Notes under the pieces: model-generated
What the model was told of the DNA's origin: nothing
What the model saw: the letters and a program-made list of their open reading frames with translations, nothing else
Database searches by the model: none
Part shown: positions 49,277 through 58,414 of the stretch, one piece after another
Layout of the letters: each line of letters begins with the position of its first letter
Numbering within the stretch: the stretch's first letter is position 1
Translations under genes and position numbers: made by a program
Assembly: GCA_965216755.1 (NCBI GenBank)
Contig: CBDCGL010000011.1
Location: 3,616,001 to 3,680,000, forward strand
Origin: Alphaproteobacteria bacterium
GTDB lineage: Bacteria; Pseudomonadota; Alphaproteobacteria; UBA7887
Length of the DNA: 64,000 nucleotides
Reading direction: 5' to 3'

Positions 49277-50425
49277 GTGACCGCGAAACTTTTTGAGATC
49301 GGGTTTGTTCTTAATCCTATAGCTGGCATGGGTGGCCGCGTCGGTCTCAAGGGTACAGACGGCGTCGCCCCGGAAGCACGTCGGCGCGGCGCGACACCGA
49401 CGGCGCCGGGCAAGGCTGCGTTGGCGCTGGGCGCCTTGCGGGATTTGCTGGGCAAAATGCGGCCGCCGCTGGATCTGATATGGCGCACCGGCGGTGGCGT
49501 TTTGGGGGCAACGGCACTCAGCGAAGCGGGATTTCGTATCGTTGACATTGTCCATGAACCCGCTGGTGCGACAACCGCGACAGATACGAAAACAGTGGCT
49601 CGTGCGGTCCTTGAACGGGGCGTCGACTTGATTCTTTTTTGCGGTGGCGATGGCACGGCGCGCGATATCGCCGCGACGGTCGGTGAGCGCGTCCCGATAC
49701 TGGGTATACCCGCCGGCGTGAAAATGTACTCTGGTGTATTCGGCGTCACGCCGGCCCGCACGGCCGAAATCGTGGTTGCATTCGCGCGCGGTGCAATCAC
49801 GGCGGAAACAGTCGAGATTCTCGACCTGGATGAAGAGCGCTATCGGCAGGGCGTATGGGCTGTGCGTTTGTATCACGCGGCGCGCACGCCGATCGCGCCG
49901 GCTTTTACCCAAGCCAGTAAGGCACTGATCACGGCGTCCAGCGAAGACGATGCCAAGGCGGATATTGCCAAGACACTTATCGAAGATTTCGCTGGTGCGT
50001 CTACGATCTTGATTCTGCTAGGGCCGGGCAGCACCGTCCGTGCGTTTGGCGATGCGTTGGGGATCGAGACCACTCTGCTCGGCGTGGACGCAATTGTTGG
50101 TGGCGTGCTTGTGGGCGCCGATCTCTCGGAACGAGGGATTCTGGAATTGCTCGATCGTTATCCGGAATGCAAATTGATCCTCAGCCCAATCGGCGCGCAA
50201 GGTTTTATCCTCGGGCGCGGCAACCTGCAGCTCAGTCCCAAGGTGATCCGTCGGATCGGACGCGACAATATCGTTGTCGTGGCGACGCCCGCCAAACTTC
50301 GGCAGACCAACGCCCTGCGTTTTGACATGGGCGACAGGGACCTCGACGAAGCTCTCGCCGGCACCGGATATGTTTCCGTTCTGGTCGGCTATCGCACCAG
50401 TCAGCTTGTGAAAATAGCAACATAG
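49277..50425 (+). CDS. ATP-NAD kinase-like protein (COG3199 family)
   Basis: NPIAGMGGRVGLKGTDG, GGDGTARD, GIPAGVKMYS, QGFILGRGNLQLS. Confidence 0.85.
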   Translation: MTAKLFEIGFVLNPIAGMGGRVGLKGTDGVAPEARRRGATPTAPGKAALALGALRDLLGKMRPPLDLIWRTGGGVLGATALSEAGFRIVDIVHEPAGATTATDTKTVARAVLERGVDLILFCGGDGTARDIAATVGERVPILGIPAGVKMYSGVFGVTPARTAEIVVAFARGAITAETVEILDLDEERYRQGVWAVRLYHAARTPIAPAFTQASKALITASSEDDAKADIAKTLIEDFAGASTILILLGPGSTVRAFGDALGIETTLLGVDAIVGGVLVGADLSERGILELLDRYPECKLILSPIGAQGFILGRGNLQLSPKVIRRIGRDNIVVVATPAKLRQTNALRFDMGDRDLDEALAGTGYVSVLVGYRTSQLVKIAT

Positions 50426-50677
50426 GTCGCGCGGCCACATCCGGCATATGGTGCGATACAGAATCCCAAGTACCGGCGGAAGCGCCGGTCGCTACGCCGT
50501 GCACGCACAACAGCCCATGTTCGCGCGCATTTGTTTGGTTATCGCGGCGCGCGTATCGTAACAGTAGAAAGCACGTGGCCGGCGCGGGGATCGATCCGTA
50601 TTTGGCGCAATCGTGGTGTACGAGCATCCTGTTGTCGCGCCAGGTCGATCCCCCAAAATGTTGTGGAGGAAACGGCA

Positions 50678-51760
50678 ATGGCTGTGCAGCGTCGATCATT
50701 CCTGAAAGGGGGTGCCGCTGGCGCGTTGGTGGCCGCGTCAACGTTGCCGAAACCGGCACTATCGCAAGGCCGCTTACGGTGGAAAATGGTCACCTGCTGG
50801 CCAAAGAACTTTCCTGGCCTCGGCATGACCGCCAATCAGATTGGCGAGCAAATCACCAAAATGAGCGAAGGCCGGCTTGAGGTGCGGGTCTACGGCGCGG
50901 GTGAAATCGTGCCCGCGTTCGAAGTCTTTGATGCCGTGCGCAGCGGCATCGCCGAACTTGGTCATGGCTGGGATGGCTATTGGATAGCCAAGCATCCAGG
51001 GGCGCCGTTCTTTGGCGGCGTGCCAAACGGATTAGGGCCACATGAGCAAGTATCTTGGATCATGCACGGCGGCGGCCAGGAATTGTGGGAAGAGCTGTAC
51101 GCGGACTTTGACGTGCAACCGTTCATCGCCGGAGTCAATCCGCCGTCATTTTTCGGCTGGTATCGTCGCCCGGTCGAATCGCTTGACGACCTCGGTGGCT
51201 TGAAAATTCGTATGGCCGGGTTGCCGGGAGAGGTTCTCAATCGTCTCGGTGCGACGTCGGTCAACATCCCTGGCGGCGAGATCATGAGTGCCCTGCAAGC
51301 CGGCGTCGTCGATGCCGTTGAATGGGGCGGTGCATGGGCGGATCTTGCCTTCGGTTTCCAGAAGATCGCCAAAATTTGCTATTGGCCGGGCATACACGAG
51401 CCCGGGGCGTCGAATTCCTTGCTGGTCAACAAGGCTTTGTTCGATGCACTGTCCGATGACTTGAAAGAGATCGTCAAGGTCGCATCGCACAACGGGATCA
51501 ATCGGCTTTATGCCGAATCCACCCATCAAAACGCGATCAGCTACCAAGTCCTGCAAGACAAACATGATGTTGCGTTCAAACGGCTGCCGGATGATGTGAT
51601 CGCTGCATTCCTGAAAGTTAGCTTGGATGTGATGCGCGAAACAGCCGAGAAAGACTCCTTGGCCTTGCGTATCCACGATCATTTCATGGCGTTTCGCGAA
51701 CGGGCGAGCGCCATAGCCCCTGTGGTCGAGCTCGGCTATCTAAGTGCCCGCTCGGCGTGA
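50678..51760 (+). CDS. TRAP transporter substrate-binding protein (DctP/TakP-like) with Tat signal
   Basis: RRSFLK Tat motif, WKMVTCWP, LKIRMAG, DAVEW, PGIHEP. ATG 50678 follows GGAGGA. Confidence 0.88.
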   Translation: MAVQRRSFLKGGAAGALVAASTLPKPALSQGRLRWKMVTCWPKNFPGLGMTANQIGEQITKMSEGRLEVRVYGAGEIVPAFEVFDAVRSGIAELGHGWDGYWIAKHPGAPFFGGVPNGLGPHEQVSWIMHGGGQELWEELYADFDVQPFIAGVNPPSFFGWYRRPVESLDDLGGLKIRMAGLPGEVLNRLGATSVNIPGGEIMSALQAGVVDAVEWGGAWADLAFGFQKIAKICYWPGIHEPGASNSLLVNKALFDALSDDLKEIVKVASHNGINRLYAESTHQNAISYQVLQDKHDVAFKRLPDDVIAAFLKVSLDVMRETAEKDSLALRIHDHFMAFRERASAIAPVVELGYLSARSA

Positions 51761-51805
51761 CGCGATCACCATGCGGACTACAAACTGGCGACGGAGGAGC
51801 AGCTG

Positions 51806-52711
51806 ATGACCCTGACCATAACGCCGCTCGATGCGACCCTCGGTGCCGTTGTTCGAGGTGTCGACTTGGCCTCGATCGACGATACGCAATGGCACCAGAT
51901 CGAGGACGCGTTTCACCACTTTGCGCTGTTGGTTTTTCCCGACCAAAATTTGGGCGAAGACGCGCAAATCGCGTTCGCGCGCCGCTTTGGCGAGATCGAA
52001 TTGTTGCGCCCGGAGTCCGATCAAAAGGCGGTCGAGATCAGCAACAAGAAACCGGACGGTTCGGTTGTTGCCGCCGACGAGTATCACTACAAGGTGTTGC
52101 GCGGCAACGAGGGCTGGCACACGGACAGCTCATATATGCCACTGGCGGCCAAAGCTTCGGTATTGTCGGCTCAGGTCGTGCCGCCCGCGGGCGGTGAAAC
52201 CGAGGTGGCCGACATGCGCGCCGCTTACGACGCGCTCGACCAAGACACCAAGGATCGCATCAGTACTTTGTCGGCCCATCATTCTCTTTATCAGTCGCAA
52301 GCCAAGATCGGCTATGAGATCGAAACCGGCGCTGGCTACGGCTACCACACCAAGGGCGCGCCGCTGCGCCCCTTGGTGAAGGTACATCCGGTGACTGGCC
52401 GCAAGGCCCTGTTCATTGGCCGTCACGCTTTTCGCATACCGGGTCTCGACGACGGCGCGGCGCAAAAACTGCTGGATGATTTGGTCGCGTTCGCCTGTCA
52501 GCCGCCGCGCACTTACACGCATCATTGGCAGGTCGGCGACGTCATCATGTGGGACAACCGCTGCGTCCTGCATCGGGCACGCCCCTATGATTACGGTGTG
52601 CCGCGCGTTCTCAGGCATACCCGTATCGCCGGCGATCCGGCCAGCGAGCTAGCGCCGACCGCGCCGGACGAACGGGCCAGCGGCTATGAAGCGTCGACGT
52701 CAAACCGCTAA
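51806..52711 (+). CDS. TauD/TfdA-family Fe(II)/2-oxoglutarate dioxygenase, SdpA-like
   Basis: WHTDSSY (HxD), ADMRAAYDALD, PLRPLVKVHP, IGRHA, WDNRCVLHRA. Confidence 0.9.
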   Translation: MTLTITPLDATLGAVVRGVDLASIDDTQWHQIEDAFHHFALLVFPDQNLGEDAQIAFARRFGEIELLRPESDQKAVEISNKKPDGSVVAADEYHYKVLRGNEGWHTDSSYMPLAAKASVLSAQVVPPAGGETEVADMRAAYDALDQDTKDRISTLSAHHSLYQSQAKIGYEIETGAGYGYHTKGAPLRPLVKVHPVTGRKALFIGRHAFRIPGLDDGAAQKLLDDLVAFACQPPRTYTHHWQVGDVIMWDNRCVLHRARPYDYGVPRVLRHTRIAGDPASELAPTAPDERASGYEASTSNR

Positions 52712-52738
52712 CGCCTTCGGGGCAAAAGGGGCTCCACA

Positions 52739-53827
52739 ATGAAAATCGATCGTCTTGATGTGGACTTGTTCCGGATCCCCTTACCGGAACCGGTGGAAGC
52801 AGCGGCCGCGGGCGTTATCGCCGGTTTCGACATGGTCACCGTCCGCATCACCGACAGCGATGGCGCCGCCGGCATTGGCTATACGGTTTTGCACCAACAC
52901 CAAGGCGCGGCCGTCGCAACGATCATTGACAAAGTCTTTCGCGGCATGTTGCGCGACGCCGATCCGCGCTTGATCGAACAGCTCTGGCAACGCTTGTGGC
53001 GCGCCCACCATTATGCCGGACGCGGCGCGCCGCTGAGCTTTGCGTTGGCCGCGGTGGACACCGCCCTTTGGGACTTGCGCGGTCGCAGTTTGGGTGAACC
53101 CTTGTGGCGCTTGCTGGGCGGTTATGCGCCACGGGTCAAGGCCTATGCCGGCAATATCGATTTGAATTTTCCCTTGGTGAAACTGTTGGCCGGGGCCAGC
53201 GCCAGCCTGGCGCAAGGGCACACGTCGGTCAAAATGCGGCTGGGTCGGCCGAGTTTGCGCGAAGACATCGCGCGGGTTGCCGCCATGCGCGAACATCTCG
53301 GCCCGGATATCGAGCTTATGGCCGATGCCAACGAAGCCTGGCGGGTCGATCAAGCGGCGCGCGCGCTGAACGCGTTGCAGGCGTTTGACTTGGTGTGGCT
53401 CGAGGAACCCATCGCGCCCGATAATTTCGCCGGCTATGCACATTTGCGCCGTCTCGGCCGGATTCCGTTGGCGGCCGGAGAGAACCTGCACACGGTGGCT
53501 GAGTTCGCCCAATTGATCGCTGCCGGGGGCGTCGATTTTCCCGAACCTGATCTGACCACATGCGGCGGCATTACACCCTTCATGAAAATCGCGCGGCTGG
53601 CTCAGGCGCATGACCTGCCCGTGATTTCGCACGGGGCACACGACGTGCACGTGCACTTGTTGGCGGCGTGCCCGAATGGCGCTTACCTGGAGATACACGG
53701 CTTCGGGCTTGAGAAGTTCATGGCCACGCCGATGGTCGTGTCGGACGGCCATGCGGTGGCGCCCGATCGACCGGGTCACGGCATCGATTTCGATATGGGC
53801 GGTCTGGCCGTCTATCGCGTGGATTGA
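52739..53827 (+). CDS. Mandelate racemase/muconate lactonizing enzyme family protein
   Basis: AAVDTALWDL and metal ligands in DANE, EEP, GEN; PDRPGHG. Confidence 0.9.
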   Translation: MKIDRLDVDLFRIPLPEPVEAAAAGVIAGFDMVTVRITDSDGAAGIGYTVLHQHQGAAVATIIDKVFRGMLRDADPRLIEQLWQRLWRAHHYAGRGAPLSFALAAVDTALWDLRGRSLGEPLWRLLGGYAPRVKAYAGNIDLNFPLVKLLAGASASLAQGHTSVKMRLGRPSLREDIARVAAMREHLGPDIELMADANEAWRVDQAARALNALQAFDLVWLEEPIAPDNFAGYAHLRRLGRIPLAAGENLHTVAEFAQLIAAGGVDFPEPDLTTCGGITPFMKIARLAQAHDLPVISHGAHDVHVHLLAACPNGAYLEIHGFGLEKFMATPMVVSDGHAVAPDRPGHGIDFDMGGLAVYRVD

Positions 53828-53852
53828 GGGTCCGAGCGATGGCGTATCGAGC

Positions 53853-54770
53853 GTGGACGAGCTTGAGCCGATTACAAACGTGACCTTTTTTCCGGGCTTT
53901 GAACTGCGGCATGTTGCCGTGCCTGGCGGCACGCTCAGATTGCGTCGGGGTGGCAATGGCCCACCGCTGTTGTTGCTGCACGGCAATCCGCAGACTCATG
54001 CCATGTGGCATCGGATCGCGCCACGTCTCGCCGACAACTTCGACGTGGTTTGCCCCGACTTGCGCGGCTATGGCGGGTCGTTCAAGCCGGCGGCCAGCGC
54101 CGATCACGCGCCCTATGCCAAACGGGAAATGGCGAATGACATGGTGGCGTTGATGTCGGCTCTTGGTCACGAGGGCTTCCATTTGGTCGGCCACGACCGT
54201 GGCGCGCGGGTCGCCCATCGCCTGGCGCTCGACCATCCGCGTTCCGTGGGCAAATTGGCGCTGCTCGATATCGTGCCGACGCTCGAGCATTTCGAGCGCG
54301 CCGACATGGCCTTTGGTCTGGGCTACTACCACTGGTTCTGGTTGGCCCAGCCGCACCCCTTTCCGGAGACTCTGATCAACGCGGCACCCGAGGCCTGGTT
54401 CCACGCCCATACATCGCGGGAGCCGAAGCCCGACGATTTTTTCGATCGCGCTGCGCGCGCCGATTATCTGTCGGCGGTGCGCCAGCCGGCGATGATCACG
54501 GCCATGTGCGAGGATTATCGTGCCGCCGCGTCGATCGATTTGGTTCACGATCGCGAAAGCCGCGCGCGTGGCGACAAGATCCAGTGCCCGTTGCTTGTGC
54601 TGTGGGGATCCAAAGGCAGAATCGGCCAATGGTATGATCCGCTGCCGCTGTGGTCGTCCTACAGTGCTCGCCCGGTCACCGGCGGCGCGGTCGAGAGTGG
54701 CCATTATCTGGCGGAAGAAGCGCCGGCGACAGTGCTCGATCACCTGGTGCGGTTCTTGGACGATCGGTGA
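53853..54770 (+). CDS. Haloacetate/fluoroacetate dehalogenase-like alpha/beta hydrolase
   Basis: LLHGNPQT, GHDRGARV, LLDIVPT, YYHWF, CEDYRA, SGHYLAEE. Start codon uncertain. Confidence 0.85.
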   Translation: MDELEPITNVTFFPGFELRHVAVPGGTLRLRRGGNGPPLLLLHGNPQTHAMWHRIAPRLADNFDVVCPDLRGYGGSFKPAASADHAPYAKREMANDMVALMSALGHEGFHLVGHDRGARVAHRLALDHPRSVGKLALLDIVPTLEHFERADMAFGLGYYHWFWLAQPHPFPETLINAAPEAWFHAHTSREPKPDDFFDRAARADYLSAVRQPAMITAMCEDYRAAASIDLVHDRESRARGDKIQCPLLVLWGSKGRIGQWYDPLPLWSSYSARPVTGGAVESGHYLAEEAPATVLDHLVRFLDDR

Positions 54771-55005
54771 CAGCTTACTAAATATGCTAAATAGAGCCGC
54801 TCCAAAACATAGGCATGCAAAATGTAGTGTATTTAGTAAACTGTCACCAGAACTAAGCCACTGGCATGTCGACTATGATTCGCGACGGTGGTCGGGGCTC
54901 TGACGACAACCGCCTATGGGGCGATACCAGCGCTGCCCGGTCGCGCGCAGGTTGACGCAACCCGCGCCGTGCCGACCTGACAAATCTCACAGACGAAGAG
55001 ACGCC

Positions 55006-55827
55006 TCAGTCCGGCCAGACGACATTGGCGGACAAATCAGGCCAGCCGATCGGTGCACCCGCCTTTTCCGCGGCTTCGGCGGGATCAATTCTCGGATCCC
55101 AATGGCCACCGACAAAGCGACGGCCGGTCACCCGATCTGCCGCTTGTGACACCAACCAGCGCAAGGGCGGCCCCATCACTTCGGGGCGCAACATTTTGGA
55201 TCGGTCCAACTTTGAGCCCGCGCCGATAAACGGCGTATCGGTGGGGCCGCCCGGGACCAATACATTGACCGTCACCCCCGTGCCGTCCAGCTCTGCCGCC
55301 CAAACCGCCGACGCAGCTTCCAAGGCCGCTTTCGAGGCGCCATAGGGCAGCAGGCGCAACATGGTGAAAAAACTGGTGGTGTTATTGATTACGCGTCCCC
55401 AGCCGCGTTTCGCCATATGCGGCGTCGCCAGGCGCGTCAACATGAACGGCCCGGCGACATTGACATCGAAAAAGCGCCGCCATGTGTCGGGCGTGATCTC
55501 GGCCAGGCCGGGGTGGTTGGTTTCGGCGTCTGGACGGATCGAACTTGCGCCAATCCCGGCATTGTTGATCAGCACATCCAGCGACCCAAATCGGTCGAGG
55601 ACATGGTCGATCGCCCGCGCGCAGTCGGCCGCATCGGCGACGTCGCCCAGCACTGCCGATGTGCGCGCGCCTAATGTGGCGGCAACCGCCTCTGCGGCGC
55701 TTTGCGGCAAGTCCATCAACACGACCCTGACTCCGTCGGCCAAAAGGCTGTCGGCCATGGCTTGCCCAATGCCTCCGGCGCCGCCTGTGATCAAGGCAAC
55801 ACGGCCGTTTTGCGTTTCACTTGTCAT
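55006..55827 (-). CDS. SDR family oxidoreductase
   Basis: TGGAGGIG, INNAG, YGASK. Confidence 0.92.
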   Translation of the reverse strand: MTSETQNGRVALITGGAGGIGQAMADSLLADGVRVVLMDLPQSAAEAVAATLGARTSAVLGDVADAADCARAIDHVLDRFGSLDVLINNAGIGASSIRPDAETNHPGLAEITPDTWRRFFDVNVAGPFMLTRLATPHMAKRGWGRVINNTTSFFTMLRLLPYGASKAALEAASAVWAAELDGTGVTVNVLVPGGPTDTPFIGAGSKLDRSKMLRPEVMGPPLRWLVSQAADRVTGRRFVGGHWDPRIDPAEAAEKAGAPIGWPDLSANVVWPD

Positions 55828-55911
55828 GGGTTGCGCTCACTCGCTCGTGCTGGATCGGTGCACAGCCTATCGCCGTGTCACGTCTGAGTCTCGCCGTCTA
55901 CGGTATCACCC

Positions 55912-56931
55912 TCAGGCACTTTCGCGACGGACGATCTCAAAGCCGAAATCAAGCCGTGCGGGATGCGCGGTGACCGCGCTCAGCCGATCCAAGATGACCT
56001 GGGCGGCGGTTCGCCCGATATCGTAACGGGCAATGCGCACGGTGGTCAGCGCCGGCACCGTTTGGGCGGCGATCTCGAAATCCCCGAACCCGGCAATTGC
56101 GATCCGTCCGGGCACCGGCCAGCCGCGCCGCTGGCAGGCAAACAACGCGCCGGCGGCGGCACTGTCACTGGCCGCGAACACCGCTTCGGTCGCCGGGTGA
56201 TCTGACAGCAACGCTTCAACGGCGCGCCCGGCGGCAGCCATATGATGGCTGTCGACGCTGATCGTGCGCGCGTGGTCCGATAGACCATGTGCCGCGAGGC
56301 AGCGTTGATATCCGGATTGGCGCGCGACGCTGCGCGATTCATCGGACCTGCCCAGAAATGCAATCCGCTGATAGCCGGCCGCGACCAAGGCTTCGGTCAT
56401 GGCGTAGCCGGCAGCCTGGTTGGAAAAGCCGACGACACTATCGATGGGTGTATCGGTCAATGTCCAGGTCTCGACCACGGGCAACCGGGCTTGCAGAAGC
56501 ATGTCGCGCAAAGCGCCGGTGTGTGCGGCGCCGGTCAGAATGAGCCCGTCGGGGCGCCGGCCGAGCATGGCGCGCGCCAATCGTTCTTCGCCAGCGAGCG
56601 AATAGCGCGATTCACCGATGATCAGTTGGTAACCCGCGGCGCCTATACAGTCAGAGATCCCTTGAACGCTGTCGTCGAATATGGAGCTGGCCACCGTTGG
56701 CACGATGACGGCAATAATCCCGCTGTGCCGTGACGCCAGGCTGGAGGCGACCAAATCGGGCACATAGCCAAGATCGTGCATCGCCGCTTCGACCCGTTGG
56801 CGCGTGGCCGCGGCAACCTTGTCAGGCGCCCGCAAGGCGCGCGACACGGTCATCGCAGAAACACCGGCCAGCGCTGCGACGGCTTTCATATCAGGACGCT
56901 GCCGCGCGGCGCTTCGCTCGGTTCTGGCCAT
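55912..56931 (-). CDS. LacI family transcriptional regulator
   Basis: HTH VAALAGVSAMTVSRAL, LGYVPD..A, GFGD, PALTTV. Confidence 0.93.
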   Translation of the reverse strand: MARTERSAARQRPDMKAVAALAGVSAMTVSRALRAPDKVAAATRQRVEAAMHDLGYVPDLVASSLASRHSGIIAVIVPTVASSIFDDSVQGISDCIGAAGYQLIIGESRYSLAGEERLARAMLGRRPDGLILTGAAHTGALRDMLLQARLPVVETWTLTDTPIDSVVGFSNQAAGYAMTEALVAAGYQRIAFLGRSDESRSVARQSGYQRCLAAHGLSDHARTISVDSHHMAAAGRAVEALLSDHPATEAVFAASDSAAAGALFACQRRGWPVPGRIAIAGFGDFEIAAQTVPALTTVRIARYDIGRTAAQVILDRLSAVTAHPARLDFGFEIVRRESA

Positions 56932-56964
56932 TGTGGACAGGGCGTGTCGGCCGGGTGGCCTTGC

Positions 56965-57825
56965 CTAGCTCAGCAAGTGCGGGCGTCCGGTGGCGCGCTG
57001 GTTCTCGTAAATCGACCCTTGATGGATGGCCGGCGGAAATGGCATGCGCACCGGCACCGGCTCAAGCCGCGGTTCGACCGACGGCGCGCCCGTCAACAGC
57101 AGCGACTTAAAATAGTCCGGGTCCAAGGTCTCGTGGATCGGCCATGCATCGGCGGCCCGATACTGATGCAGCAACAAGCGGCGCGGCCCGTGCGAGAGAT
57201 TGGGCGTAGACCCATGCACAATGCGAACATGGTGGATGCTGATGGCGCCGGCCCGGCCGGTCAGCGGTACCGCTTGAGCATACAGTGGATCGGCCGCCGC
57301 ATCGGTGATGGCGCCGCAAAACCGCCCATCCGCATGGTGATCGTAGATCGGCCCGCGGTGGCTGCCGGGCACGACCATGAGCGGGCCGTTTTCTAGCGTC
57401 ACGTCGTCGAGCATGAACCCAACGGCGCACAAATCATCGTTGGTGTGCGGGTAAAACGCCCAATCTTGATGCCATTCGACGGCCGCGCCACCCGCCGCCG
57501 CTTTGACGTTCAGCTTACTGTTGTCAAAACGGACACCGGGTCCAATCAACGCTTCCATGACTTCTAGGACAAGCGGATGGGTGACCATGGCGTGATAGGT
57601 CTTGTGCCATTTGTGCGGCGTCTTGATGCGCCGCACCCGCGGCTGATCGGGCTTGTGATCATCTTCCAAGTCATAGACTTCGTTATGGGCGGTGACGTCG
57701 CCCGACTGGCGAATAAGCGCATCGGTCGTCGCGCGTAGGCGGTCGATCTCGTCGGCACCCAACACGTCGTCCACAACCAAATATCCGTTCTCGCGATAAA
57801 ATGTGACGTCGGCGTCAGCGAGCAT
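56965..57825 (-). CDS. Phytanoyl-CoA dioxygenase (PhyH) family protein
   Basis: FYRENGYL, WHQD, ENGPLMVVPGSH, IVHGS.PN...R. Start placed at MLADAD. Confidence 0.9.
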   Translation of the reverse strand: MLADADVTFYRENGYLVVDDVLGADEIDRLRATTDALIRQSGDVTAHNEVYDLEDDHKPDQPRVRRIKTPHKWHKTYHAMVTHPLVLEVMEALIGPGVRFDNSKLNVKAAAGGAAVEWHQDWAFYPHTNDDLCAVGFMLDDVTLENGPLMVVPGSHRGPIYDHHADGRFCGAITDAAADPLYAQAVPLTGRAGAISIHHVRIVHGSTPNLSHGPRRLLLHQYRAADAWPIHETLDPDYFKSLLLTGAPSVEPRLEPVPVRMPFPPAIHQGSIYENQRATGRPHLLS

Positions 57826-57869
57826 CGGCGTTTCTCCAACCTTCGTATCCGACCCTAGGGCGCGCCCGC

Positions 57870-57885
57870 ACGTTAGCGCTAACAT
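57870..57885. promoter_or_regulatory. LacI-family operator
   Basis: Perfect 12-bp palindrome GTTAGCGCTAAC with central CG, 45 nt upstream of the phyH-lacI-SDR unit. Confidence 0.75.
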
Positions 57886-57978
57886 TGGCCCAAGACAAGA
57901 GCTGACTGACGCACCCCGGCTGGCCATGGCTGTCTCCGGGTTTGTTCAATAAGTCAAACGTGTAGGTCGAAGATTTGG

Positions 57979-57994
57979 TGTCAGAAAGTTTACA
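57979..57994. promoter_or_regulatory. Candidate upstream activator sequence for a sigma54 enhancer-binding protein
   Basis: TGT-CAGAAAGTTT-ACA (TGT-N10-ACA) about 260 nt upstream of the -24 element. Confidence 0.4.
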
Positions 57995-58225
57995 CGGGAC
58001 CTGACCCGGTTCGTCGTGCGCATGTGGCGAGGCTGCGTCATACGCTGGTTTCAAAAACCGCCAAATTCAGCTCTTTTTGGCGGCTGTCGGGTGGCCGGAT
58101 CAGGGCCGTCGCCGGCACCGCCCGCGGCTTTTCCGGTTGATCGTTAACTTTTGCGTTTCGGCGTTGAAACAAACGTCGCGCGGCTATCGCTTAACTCTGT
58201 GAGGTATTTCTAATTTCTAAAATGA

Positions 58226-58238
58226 AATCAATTAAATA
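58226..58238 (+). promoter_or_regulatory. Candidate IHF site
   Basis: AATCAATTAAATA, one mismatch from WATCAANNNNTTR, in an AT-rich tract directly upstream of the sigma54 promoter. Confidence 0.45.
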
Positions 58239-58254
58239 GTAATTTTTCGAAAAT

Positions 58255-58270
58255 TGGCACGGGTCTTGCT
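58255..58270 (+). promoter_or_regulatory. Sigma54 (-24/-12) promoter
   Basis: TGGCAC-GGGTC-TTGCT, an exact match to TGGCAC-N5-TTGCW, 145 nt upstream of the first secreted-protein gene. Confidence 0.85.
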
Positions 58271-58414
58271 GGGAAGGGGCCGCTAGGTAGTGAGGCGCAC
58301 GACGCTGTTCATGACCTGGGGGGTCTTGGCGTGTGTCGACAAAGGGAACGCAACAAGCCAGACACGCGCGATGGCCCCGCTCATGAGGACATAGGGACCT
58401 AGGAGAACAAAATA

